Of a stretch of DNA of 64,000 nt, positions 11,301 to 22,850 are shown one piece after another (within the stretch, counting starts at the first letter, position 1; each line of letters begins with the position of its first letter). The stretch is taken from the NCBI RefSeq assembly GCF_021028975.2, contig NC_059425.1, forward strand, positions 29,698,001 through 29,762,000, in the 5' to 3' direction. The stretch is from Sphaerodactylus townsendi (taxonomy: Eukaryota). A program made the translations under genes and the position numbers. A model generated the notes under the pieces. That model did no database searches. It had not been told where the DNA came from and saw nothing but the letters and a program-made list of their open reading frames with translations.

Positions 11301-14300
11301 TAACTATCCCAGCTTCTCCCTTCATGCAGAAACTTGGCTATGGAACTGGAGTCAGTGTTTACCTTATGAAAAGGTAAAGAAACACCTATATAGTAAAATT
11401 ATAAGTTGCTCACAGCTACAGAAAATGTATTTGAACAAAACAGAATTATGTGGGATAACTTGAAAAAGGTGGACAGTGAATAAGCAGTTTTGCTTTTGGC
11501 ATCTGTATGCCAAATTTGGCATAAAGAAGAAATTATTCCCCTGTTTTAAATTAGCTGGTGATACAGAATGTGGGAGTATGTCAAGCAAGCCTTCACAGAT
11601 TTTCTTTAGTTGTAGGAGCCACCCCAAAAATTCAAGTAGAGTCATTTCAGCATTTTCATGGTACAATTCAGGATTTTCATGGTACTCTTTTCTAATTATT
11701 ACTACTACCCCGAAACCTAAATTCTTCAGTTTCTTGTAACTGCAGTTAAGCTATCACAAAAAGCGTTTTGTATATAAATAAGGTTTTTTTGGGGGGAGCC
11801 CTGGTTGCCATCACAACAAAACCCTAACCTCTAGCCCTAACTTAACTTCTCCCATTATTTCTCAAATTATTAACATTATTCCTTTAAAAAGCTCAGAAAG
11901 TTGGAGCCAATGTAGAAAGCAACTGGTGAGCAATAGATTCATCAACCATCTCAGAATGGTGTAAAGTTAACATATGAGAAAGCATGTGTTCATCATATCA
12001 CAATGTGTATTGTGATGTGAAGTAATCAAGCTTTGTACTTGCACTAAGGATTGCAGAGAGCAACTGCAATAAAAACCTGGTAGATAAGTCAGGAGAAAAT
12101 ACTACTGAAACACGGCCATGCAACCCAGAAAACCCACAACATCCTTGCAATAAAATAACTGATTGCAAAGATTGTGCCACAATGAAATTTCTAGGCACTA
12201 TTCAGCATGTCTTTTCATTAGCTGCTGTTTTCAAATGCAATCAGTGTCCTTTGTCTGCCTGCAATATGCTTGAATCTGAAATTGCCTAAAGAGTGGTCTC
12301 TTGGTGGATTTCTTGAATACCTAATTACCTAAACAAGATAGTTCAATACATTCTGGGTTTCTTAACCAATCTTATTTATTGTAAATATGATGTGTGGTAC
12401 AGTTCCCCCCTGAGCTCAGTTAGAAATGGTAATCTGTTAGCTGAGTCAGATTCCCCACCACTGACTGTATAAGTGGCTGTAGCAATGAGAGACCCATCTT
12501 TACCTGGAGGTGTTTTTTTTAGGTCTCCAAAAGGCATCTGTCACTCCCCCTGGGCTGTGAAGAAAATAAATCCTAAATGTGACTCCAGTCAGCAAGATAC
12601 ATATCAAAAAAGACTGAATGAAGAAGCTAAGATCCTGAAAGGAATTCAGCATCCTAACATCGTGGGTAAGTTGGAATGAGAAAAGGGGAGGGTAGCTTCT
12701 TCATTCTGAGATTCCTGATAGATACATGGTAACAGACAAGAGTAGTTTCTGAAATTTACTATTTTCTTGCCCTGGTGAGTCTGTTCACTGGAAGCCACCT
12801 TGAGCCAAAAGGAAGTGTGCAGTATGAATATTTTAATAAATAACTATAGCCGGGTGGTACTTCAAGACTCTTGGCCTGTCAGGGTAAAATGTGTTTAAAG
12901 GGATACACCTTTTAATATAAGGAAATGGAGCTGGAGATGTGGAAAGAAATCTAAAGGATCTGTAATAGTCTTGGTGAATATCTACTGTGCATTGGGAGGC
13001 AATTTTACCATCTCCAACTGAGAAGCAGGAATGAGGGACCTACTGCACAGAATGATGTTGGAAATTACAAAGTATATGCATGTAGAAAAATTCCATATAA
13101 AGGATTAAAAACTGATAATTTCCTGCCACTTCAAAGTACACTAAAGGAATGAATCACTCTTCTCAGTGTAAACTTTGAGAGGCATTGGGCCGAACACAGG
13201 TTTCCGCAAAATCCTAAACAAGACAATTGTCTCTTGAAGGGTATAGAGCATTTACTGAAGCCAAAGATGGGAGCATGTGCCTTGCCATGGAATATGGGGG
13301 AGAAAAATCTCTCAATGACCTAATAGAAGAAAGGAGAGCACAACACCAGGGACCCTTTCCAGCTGCCACCATCCTCAGAGTTGCCTTACACATGGCAAGA
13401 GGGTTGAAGGTATGTGTCCGACTTTACTTGCAGAATATGTTTGTGACTGTAAGAGCAGACATTGTTCTAGCAAAGTCTGTAGTAGAGAGAACTCTGGGAA
13501 CATAGTAGAAGAAAATCACTTGTCTATGACTCAGATCATGGCGCCAGCCTTTGGTGCTTGTTCTCATGCTGTGACATTTAAGATTCCAAATGCAGTAACT
13601 GGGGGGAGGAGGGGGCACATGGCTATTAAAAAATGCCAATGCATGGAGCTTTGTGGGGCAGGCAAAAGATAGACAGCCCAGGTCATTACACAATTGCAAG
13701 TCCAAAGACCAGCAGCTATTGAGCACTGAGTTGGGGATGGTCTGTTCCCAAGGGAAGCAAGCCTGATTTATAAAACAAGCGAATTCTTTGCAACTGGAGT
13801 GGTGATTGGTGGAAGATGTGGAAGGGATCTTAGGATACAGGGCAGGGGCCCAAAATCTGCTACTGAAAGGTGTAAGTTAGGAGACAAATGGGGACTGACA
13901 GTCTGTTACAATTACTGGGTCTACATTTACCTAGCAGCAATAGCGCAAGATGCTGAAGGGAACCTGGAAGTAGTTTGGTCCATGTTAAAAGAGAGAAGAA
14001 ATAGATGGGAAGAGGCAGAGTGCTGGAACTGAAATATGTAGAAGAGAAAGGGGGAAGCCAGGTGGTGATGGAGAAGACAAGGTCGTATAAGGGAAAATGG
14101 CGAGGAGAGAGGTTTAAAAGCAAGGGCTGAAGAAAAGAGGTGTAGGCAAAAATAATGGAGAAAAGGAAGATTGTTATGGAAATTGTTCTCAAAGAGAGTC
14201 TCCAAACAAGGTGGTCAGCAGTAAGCAGTTTATTGAATACACGGCTGCAGGTGTGGAGAGAACGCACCCAGGGTGCGGTCTCTGGAGGGGCTCTCCAACA

Positions 14301-17300
14301 CAGCTCCTCTTATACCTTATTCCTCCCTCCCATTCCTGTCCACCCATCCAGTCCTTGCTGATATGGAAGGCTCACAATCTCCAATCCCCTGATTTCTTTA
14401 ACAATGTTTCTATGTGTGGCATATTATTCTTTGTTGTCAGCATGTACTAATTGCTGTCTCATCTCAACCTTTACACTTGTTTTCGATATGCTTCACTTCA
14501 CTTCCCCGTGACCCACTTCCCCATTTTTCAACTGCTGTGGACATCTATCACAATCTTAAAACCATTTCCTTTCCTGATATGGCATAAACAAAGCATTAGA
14601 TTCAGCTGAATCGTCTTCTAAAACTCATGCTGCAAATACATGTGATATAGGTATATATAGACACATCTTTGTGAGTTCAGACTTTCTTAATTCCTTAACA
14701 AGATGGATCTAGCAGGTATATTTTAAAGAGAGCAGTAAGGGAAACCTGGGGATGGGCCATTGTCTGAGTGAACAATCTACCTGTCTGATGACTTATCTGC
14801 TGTTTGTTGCCTGTTGAACTGCTTTAGTAGTCTTGTTGCCTTGATTCTACGAAAACCCTGAGATCTCATCCTGATCCCTTCCTCTTCTCTTCTTCAGTAT
14901 CTACACAATGACAAAAAATTGCTTCATGGAGACATCAAATCTTCCAATGTTGTTGTTAAAGGTGACTTTGAGTCAGTAAAGATCTGTGATGTGGGTGTTT
15001 CATTACCACTGGATGAGAACATGATGGGTACGTTGAACTTGTGGCAACCCCTTTATGGTCTGTGGCATTCTCTTGGAGGCCAGTCTTCAGTTCCTTTTTC
15101 TGAGATCTGGGGCGGCATGTGGCCTCGTTCAAGCACCTGCCTTGATGGTGGGACCTCCTCACTGTCCACTACTTTAGTCAAAAATGCATTACTCTGAAGA
15201 ATTAATTTCCTTGCCAAAGCTAGTGCCTGTTACATGTTCTATAACTGCATTCACACTGGAAAGCAGTGAATAAGTAATACAGTATTTACTCAAATGCAAG
15301 TCTAGTTTTTTTCACACATATGCCATAAAAATAGTCTCCTTACATTTGCATACATGTTACAGTTGTGTCCAATAATTTTGTGTGTGTGTGATTTTTAGGG
15401 GAATCCTCTTACATTCTTTTGATATGGTAAGCGGCAGAGTTTCTTCTAGGACACGGGTCAGGAACCTTTTACACTCAAAGAGCCATTTGGACCCATTTTA
15501 CCCGGAAAAGAAAACTCAAACTCATGGATGCACCGCGAGAGAGTACTTTTTTTGACATTTTTTTAAATAGCCAAGATAGTAATTCGTGTATTTTTTGGTT
15601 TTTTTTTTTAAAACCTTGTCATCCTACGAAGAAGGAAGGGCAGCCACAACTAGAGCAGGGCGTCCTCGCCTTCTGCTCGCCTCTAAGCCGGGAGAGTAGT
15701 CTCCCACTTTGTATCGCTGCCTCCCTGGCGCTCTTAGTTAATGGAGGAGGCGTTAGCCTGCTCGCTTCACTTCACCTCATCGGCCAAAAGCAGGAGCAGG
15801 GTCTTCCCGCCAAGCTGCTTTGGCTGCGCACGCTGCCTCCCGCCTCTGGGCGGCCACGGGAGGAGGCGTTGTGGCTCTTATTCGCTTCACTTCCCACCTC
15901 ACCTGGCCAAAAGCAGGGGAGCAGGGTCTCTCCGCCGCTTGTTTGGTTGTGACGCTGGCCTCTCCTGGCGTCGGCACATGAGGAGTGCAGCCAGGTTTCC
16001 ATTCGCCCAATTTCACCTCACCTGGCTAAAAGCAGGGAGCAGGTCTCCTCCTGCTGTTTTGGCTGCACGCTGGCCTCCCCGGGCGCTTTCCAAGGCCACG
16101 GGAGGAGGCAGCCGCTCTATTCGCCTACCTCCCCACCTCACCTTGGCCAAAAGCAGGGAGCAGGGTCTCCTCCCGCCGCTTGTTTGGCTGCACGCTGGCC
16201 TCCTGGCGCTCTTAAGGCCGGAGGAGGCAGCCAGGCTTCCCATTCGCTTCACCACTCTCATCACTCAAGGCTGCGCAGTGAGCAGGGTTCTCCCGCCGCT
16301 TGTTTGGCTGCACGCTGGCCCTCCCCGGCGCTCTAAGGCCACCGGAGGAGTGCAGCCAGCGCCCCATTCGGCCTACCTCCACCACCGGCTGCGCAGGGAG
16401 CAGGGTCTCCTCCCGGGCCGGGTTTTGTTGGTTGCACGCTGGCCTCCCCGGCGCTTCCAAGGCCACGGAGGAGCCAGCCAGTTCTATTCGGGCCTCTAAC
16501 CTCACCGGGGCCAAAAGCAGGGAGCAGGGTCTCCCTCCTCACGTTGCACGCTACCTCCCCGGCGCTCTGCTGCCACGGGAGGAGCCAGCCAGGCTCTATC
16601 TCGGGCTTCAACCTCACCGCCAAAGCAGGAGCAGGGTCTCCTCCCGGCCGGCTTGTTTGGCTGCATTGCTGGCCTCCCCGGCGCTCTAAGGTTTCACTCT
16701 TCCCTGCCTCGGGCTTCACTCACTCACCTCGCCTTGGCTGAAAGTTCCCTGCTTTAGTTTAAATTGGCGCCGGCCATTCTCGGGCGGGATCTCCGCTGCT
16801 CCCAGACAGCTTGGCAATGGGAGCTGGAAAGCCACCAGGAGCCATCTCACCGGCTTCACCGCTTTGCTCGCCTCTGTTGGCATTGCCTCCCCGCGCCCGC
16901 TTTACAGTTAACTCCCGCCGCCTGCAAGCTAACGGAGCTCGCAAAGCTCCAGGAAGGGACAGCCACGTGGGGAGCCGCACAACGGCAGGAGAGCCGCATG
17001 CGGCTCGGGAGCCGCGGGTTCCCGACCCCTGTTCTAGGATTAAGAAACCAGAGTTTCTCTGCTAGGATACTGGAACAACCTATGGTGATGCCTCAAAGCA
17101 ACCTATGGATGCCTCAAAGAAGCTAAATAGCCAGGAGGGAGATTTCTCTTTTAAAAATTCAGTGATCCATTAAGGTTCCCTGTCTGCATTATTGCTCAGT
17201 GGTGACATTTAAAAATATAAACACCTGCTTAAAACAAGAAGTACAGCTGCTGTACTTTAGGAGAGATGGGAAAGCTATAGACTCAATGTAAGCTTAGCTA

Positions 17301-20300
17301 TTCAAGATTTCTAGGAACCAAGACTGGGATGTCTATCTAGTATTCAGCTGCCAATCACTTTTGTTTTCTGTTAAGCCTCCTAAAGCTGTATAGAGGGGAG
17401 AAGCGGAGGCTTGGATGCATGAGTGGAATCCTTTTGCTTTGGTTTTGTGGCCTTTCCAACGTCCTACCTCACCAATAGGAAGGGAAGGGGCAGCAGGATG
17501 AGGCAGAGTGGTTTTCCTTATTGGTACCTTAGATACAATGTTAAGTAACTTTAGGTGACTGCCTTAAAAAACAACAACAAAGTACAAAATCCTGTCCATC
17601 TGATGGGGTTTCTGTGCAGTGTAAATTATTCAGATGAAACAAGAGTGGTGCAAGTGTCTGAATTCCCTCTTCCCCCAATTATGCTTATCTACCTCCACCT
17701 TCTCATTCAAGCATCTGAAGTTTCACCAGCACATTTTCAAGCCTCACTTCCAAGCAGGGGGACGTGGGTGGGGTATAACAGCATTACTGAATAGAGGGCA
17801 TTTAGCTGCTTATGCGTCTCTTGTTTCATCTGTAGAACTTTATTTATTCTATTTGTATCCTGCCCCTTCCTGATGAGTCGGGCTCAGAGTGGCTTACAAC
17901 AATTTAAAATGACATATATAAACAATTAAATTCCTTATTAAGTAAAACATGAGCATAATGGTGCCCTAAAAATACAAACATGGGAAGGCTGTTCAGAGGA
18001 GAAAGGAAGAAATAGTTAATCACAGATGAGGCATAATAAAATAGAACTTCAGCAATAAAATAAATAAATAAAAGGGTCCCAGAAAAAAGAAGGGAAGGTA
18101 AGCTACCTATACTCTTTTCCACCAAAAGATAACAGTAGAATTTTATATTAATCTGCCATTTCCTGGATCTTTGTTCTAGAATGCTCCACTTGGGTCCTAG
18201 TGCCTACCTAGTTCAGTTCCCAAGGCACTAGGACCCAAGCAGAGCATTCTAAAACAACGTAGGTCCAGGAAATGGCAGATTAATATACAATTCTACTGTC
18301 ATCTTTTGGTGGAAAAAAGTATAGCAGAAACTATTGCTGCCTTCAACCATATGTCTGGCAGAACTTCTCTGCTTTACAGGCCCTGTGGAATTGCATCAGG
18401 TTCTGCAGGGCCCAAGTCTCACTGGCTTCCGCAGATGGCTCTGCATTTCACTTGAATGCTGTTTTCCACACAGTGAGTGACCCAGATGCCCACTATATTG
18501 GCACTGAGCCCTGGAAACCAAAGGAAGTTCTGGAGGAAGATGGCATCATCACCGACAAGGCTGACATCTTTGCATTCGGGCTGACTCTGTGGGAAATGAT
18601 GACGCTTTCTGTACCTCACCTTAACCTTCCTGAAGATGATGAAGTATCAGATGAAGGTGTGCTTGACGGGGGTTTCCTCTTGGTCTGACTCAGTAATGGC
18701 TTTCATGGCGCTTCTCCCTCTCTTGATGAGGTGGTTCAATAGAAGGTTACTGTATATACTCATAAATCAAATTTTTTGTGTTGAAAAAGCCCCCCTCGAG
18801 TTATACGCGAGTGAGGTGTATTTTAAAAAATATTTTAGGGTTTTTACTTCACAGCCACCAGGGTGCAGTTTTGTTAAGACCAGAACTCATGTTTCCAGAT
18901 AGCTCAGGGACCACCCATCAGCCCCTGCCAGCATGGCCAATTGGCCTTGCTGAAAGGGGCTGATGGGAATTGTAGTTCCTGAACATCTGGAGAGCCGCAG
19001 GTTCCCTACCCCTGGGCTAGCAGCACCAAAATTTCAGGGTATCATCAGGTGACACTCCTGATGATATCAGCCAGGTTTGGTGAAGTTTGGTTCATGGGGT
19101 CCAAATTTATGGACCCCCAAAAGGGGGTGCCCCATCCCCCATTGTTTCCAATGGGAGCTAGTAGTAGATGGGGCTACATTTTGAGGGTTCATAACTTTGG
19201 ACCCCCTGAACCAAACTTCACCAAACCTGGGTGGTATCATCAGGAGGGTCTCCTAAAGATACTCTGAAATGTTGGTACTGCTAACATAAACATTTATTCC
19301 CTGACAGGTACCCTCAATTTTCCCCCAGATTCTCCCTTTAAATCCACTCAGAAGGGGGGGGGGTGATTTAAAGGGAGAATCAGGCTTACAGAGCTAGTTT
19401 ACTGTTTTTCTTTGAAATGAATATTCAAAAACATTTAACCTACTGATGCCTCAATCAATGTAATTTTATTGTTATCTATTTTTATTTTTGAAATTTACCA
19501 GTAGCTGCTGCATTTCCCACCCTCGGCTTACGCATGAGTCAACAAGTTTTCCCAGTTTTTTGTGGTAAAATTAGGTGCCTTGACTTATATGCAGGTCGAC
19601 TTATACACGAGTATAAACGGTAATTTGTTTATGGTCTTGGGCAGGATGGGGAAGAGCCTCTAACTCAGTCACTTTAGGCATGGGGCTGGGACCAAACATG
19701 TTCCAGTAAAAAAGGGATTAACAAAGAATTTGTTGAAAAGAAGGCAGTTACACTTTTAACATAAAAATGGCCATTAGCTCTAAGCTCTAGGCTTCACTGA
19801 GTTAGTAAAAATGGTGCTCAGAGTGACTGCTTTGTACCCCTCTTAGAATTACTTGGTCTCCTTGTACACCCGTGCATGCACAGAGTCTGATGTATGTGGG
19901 ATGAAATGGAGAGAAAGATAAAGGTCCCCTGTGCAAGCAGTCAGTCACCTATGTCACCTATGGGGTGACATCACAACCCAATGTTTACTAGGCTGACTAC
20001 TTTTATGGGTGGTTTGTCATTCCCTTCCCCAGTCTTCTACACTTTACCCCCCAGCAAGCTGGGTTCTCATTTTACTTACCTTGGAAAGCTGAGTCAACCT
20101 TGAGCCGGCTAGAGACCATCTACTTATTCCAGCTTGAGACTGGCCTTTTAGAATATGACTCCCTCCTATTGACCCAGTTTTAATATCTTTTCAGATGCTT
20201 CTTTTGATGAGGATGACTTTGATGAATCTGCGTATTATGAGGCTCTTGGGACACGGCCACCGCTCAATGTGGAAGAGCTGGGCCCGCTATATCAAAATGT

Positions 20301-20400
20301 CATTGAGCTGTTCTCTCTCTGCACCTTGGAGGATCCGAAGAAACGTCCTGCAGCTGCACGCATTGTTGACTGCTTAGAGGCACAGGGATCCATGCAATAA
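8396..20400 (+). CDS. PBK: PDZ-binding kinase / TOPK (lymphokine-activated killer T-cell-originated protein kinase), 7 coding exons, 327 aa
   Basis: Coding exons 8396-8453, 11280-11373, 12523-12665, 13240-13409, 14898-15027, 18474-18656, 20195-20400 (58/94/143/170/130/183/206 nt, total 984, all GT-AG, phases consistent). Translation [12 protein letters not shown]...[25 protein letters not shown]...[10 protein letters not shown]...HGDIKSSN...[14 protein letters not shown]...[11 protein letters not shown]...[12 protein letters not shown] matches PBK as I know it. Confidence 0.97.
8765..10388 (+). mobile_element. CR1 LINE, 5'-truncated, in PBK intron
   Basis: ORF2 RT motifs [64 protein letters not shown], and a 3' tail (TTCTTATG)n. 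Confidence 0.95.
11070..11213 (+). mobile_element. CR1 3' end fragment
   Basis: Typical CR1 terminus ([19 protein letters not shown]) followed by 3'UTR and a GATTCT tail. Confidence 0.75.
14172..14403 (-). mobile_element. Possible solo LTR
   Basis: TGTTA...TAACA ends. On the minus strand, a TATA-like GTATAAGAG is followed about 75 nt later by AATAAA. No clear TSD. Confidence 0.4.
15452..17031. mobile_element. Non-autonomous hAT element carrying a ~120-bp minisatellite
   Basis: TIRs CACGGGTCAGGAACC / GGTTCCCGACCCCTG with an exact TSD TTCTAGGA (15444-15451, 17032-17039). It shares the subterminal AAAGAGCCATTTGGACCCATTTT with the element at 4703. Confidence 0.9.
15650..16745. repeat. GC-rich tandem repeat, ~120-bp unit, about 9 degenerate copies
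   Basis: Recurring GGCCAAAAGCAGGGAGCAGGGTCTCC...GCTTGTTTGGCTGCACGCTGGCCTCC...GGCGCTCTAAGGCCACGGAGGAG. Confidence 0.85.
18107..18324. repeat. Foldback (palindromic MITE-like) element, second copy at 20784-20980
   Basis: Arms of about 100 bp: CTATACTCTTTTCCACCAAAAGAT...CTAGTGCCT / AGGCACTAG...ATCTTTTGGTGGAAAAAAGTATAG. Confidence 0.85.
18750..19620. mobile_element. Tc1/mariner-type element (opposite orientation to 20981) with nested hAT MITE half and gecko repeat
   Basis: TA|CTGTATATACTC ... CTTATACACGAGTATAAACGG|TA. The internal GGGAAAACTT/CAGCAGCT segment is shared with the 20981 element. Confidence 0.75.
19918..20112 (+). mobile_element. Sauria SINE-like fragment
   Basis: AAAGGTCCCCTGTGCAAGCA...CAGCAAGCTGGGT.CTCATTTTAC...GAGTCAACCTTGAGCCGGCT. 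Another fragment lies at about 54915-55065. Confidence 0.7.
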
Positions 20401-20980
20401 GTGCTGCTGCTGTTTCCCTGCATTTCTGTGATAGCTTGTTTTTTCATGACATTTCTTTTGGCCACCATTGAAGTTACTAGATTTTAAATGTATATAGTTT
20501 AATGACATAGAGAAGCACGAAGATACTTTAACTTAAATGCATAGAAGATGGGTGGTCTTACACTACAGTGTAACCATTTTGTAGTCTTGAAATATTGTTC
20601 CTAGTGGGTGGAAATAGTTTGGTTGGCTGATAAACTGATACTTTAGGGACTCCTGAAAGGCTCCGGGTTGTATTGTTTCCTTTCTCCATCTCCCTCCCTA
20701 TTGTGTTGTAATTTCTGAAAACTTAATTCTTGGGATTAAAAACTTGGAATCTTATCCTCCCTGTTGATCTCATTTGACCACGACTATACTCTTTCTCACT
20801 AAAAGATGACAGGAGATTTGTGAATTAATCTTTCATTTCCTGGACATTTGTTCTAGAATGCTCTGCTTGGGTCCTAGCGCTTACCTAGTTTGGAAGTAGA
20901 GTGTTCCAAAGCAGAGAAGGTCCAGGAAATGGTGGATTAATTCGCAAATCTCCTGTCATCTTTCGGTGAGAAAGAACATA

Positions 20981-21478
20981 CCGTATATACTTGTGTATAA
21001 GGTGACCCAAATATAAGTTGAGGCACCTAATTTTACCACAAAAAACTGGGAAAACTTATTGACTTGAGTAGAAGTCTAGGGTGGGAAATGCAGCAGCTGC
21101 TGGTAAATTTCAAAAATAAAAATAGATATGGTTGGGCGCTATTTGGGGTCTCTGCCACTGACTCCTCCCCCCCATCTCACCAATTCCGAAGGTCTCTGCC
21201 ACCGACCTCTCCATCCCGCAGCTTGTCCAGCTCACCCATGTCAACTGGCTGTCACCTGCCGAGAGCCAGGGGCTGGCCGCCACTGAGAAGAAGGCAGAGG
21301 CAGAGAAAGCGGCTGAAAGGGGGAGGGCAGAGAAGAAGGCAGGAGAGAGCCAACATGGGAGAGGGGGAATGCCACAGAAGAATTAAGTGGGACCCTCATT
21401 CGCGTATAAGTTGGGGGGGGGGCTTTTTCAGCACAAAAGATGTGCTGAAAAAGTAGACTTATACACGAGTACATAAGG
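20981..21478. mobile_element. Tc1/mariner-type non-autonomous element
   Basis: TA|CCGTATATACT.G.GTATAAG ... CTTATACACGAGTACATAAGG|TA, with a TA TSD. Confidence 0.8.
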
Positions 21479-22224
21479 TATCTAAAATGATTTGTATGTC
21501 TTCATTAATGCAGTTTCTGAGCATGTTACATAACAAAAGAGGGCTGTAACGAATGCCATGTGCTACCCTGTAATAATACTAGTTTTACTTGCTAAAATAC
21601 CATTTTATATAACTATATAACATCAGCTTCCCATGGATGCATTGCAACTTACACCCAGGGAAATAGGCACTGAGGAAACATCACCTGCAAGCACTCTCAG
21701 ACACCTTGCTTGGAACAAGAATACAGGTTTCAGGGTTTGAGACTGAAATGTTTATTACAATCTCAGCACAAACAAGTTCTAGACCATAGTTCTGTGGTGA
21801 TATTTTACTCTGTTGTGTAGAGATGTTGCTAGGTTTGATGGCTGTCCAGGGAGGATAACTTTCATTGTACGAGCAAGGACACTTGGTAGTAAAGAGTGAG
21901 GCAGTTTTGAAGTCAAGGTAAGTTCTAAGTAGATATGTATGGGTAAAGTTCATTAATAATTTTTTTTTACTAAATTTATGCCGTCTTCTGGCCTCATTAG
22001 GACCGTCAAAGCAGCCAACAGATTTAAAATGTACATAATCAAATTGCATCTTAAAAATCTTTTTTTAACAAAACAAATCCATCCTTCATTAAAAATCAAA
22101 GCTAAAATAAACACAAAAATGAAAACTGGGCAGGAAGGAGGGAGCGCTAATACAAGTCTTTACCTACTGGTGGAAAATATCAACAGCAGGGGACAGACAA
22201 GTCTTCCTGGGAAGAAAATTCCCT

Positions 22225-22850
22225 AGAAGGGACCACAAGGATACCTGTGGCATTCAGAGAATAGGTGGCCTTTCAGGTATGCTGGTCCCAAACCACATAG
22301 GGCTTTAAAAGTCATCACCTGCACCTTTAATTGTGCCTGGGAACAAATAGGGAGCCAGTGTAGGTGACCTTTCCAGTCTTGGCTGGAGCATTTTGTACCA
22401 ACTGGAGTTTTCAGGAGCAGCCTCACATAGAGCATGTGGCAGTAATCTAATCTGGATGTAGGCAGGTGATATGCCAGAGCGGCCAGGCACTCCTGGCCAC
22501 AGTTGCCACCTGCTTTTCCAGCTGTAGGCCCAGGCCTAAGAGCACCCCCACACACACACACTGTGGACCTGTTCCCTCAAGCAGAGTTTACCTTGTAGAA
22601 CAGGTGACACCTCAAATTCTGGGTTAGACCTACTTGCTAGTAGCACTCCTGTCTTGTCAGGACTGACCCTCAGATTATTAGCTCCCATCCACTCCAAAAT
22701 TGCTTCCAGCCATCAGTTCAGCCTCACTGGGATCATCTGAAAGTGCAAGATTTAGCTGAGTGTCATCTATATATTTGTGACTACCCAACCCTAATTTCCA
22801 GCTGACCTCACCCAGCAATTTCATGTAGATAGTGAAGAGTATAAGGAACA
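22225..22850 (-). mobile_element. Degenerate L2 LINE fragment
   Basis: TSRLDYCHMLY, LHWLPI, KVQVMTFKALCGLGPAYLK and a DDTQL remnant. Confidence 0.75.

Noticed and set aside
11815-11850. CCCTAA-like telomeric motifs
   Set aside because: Only two or three degenerate units, which is not a supportable interstitial telomere.
14980-15000. Kinase DFG motif reads DVG and APE reads KPKE
   Set aside because: This is normal for the PBK/TOPK family and is not pseudogenisation.
15650-16745. CRISPR-like repeat array
   Set aside because: The context is eukaryotic and the units are contiguous degenerate tandem repeats without unique spacers or cas genes.
15524-17126. Cluster of overlapping 80-250-aa ORFs
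   Set aside because: They arise from a GC-rich minisatellite inside a TSD-flanked hAT element, with no coherent protein or splice context.
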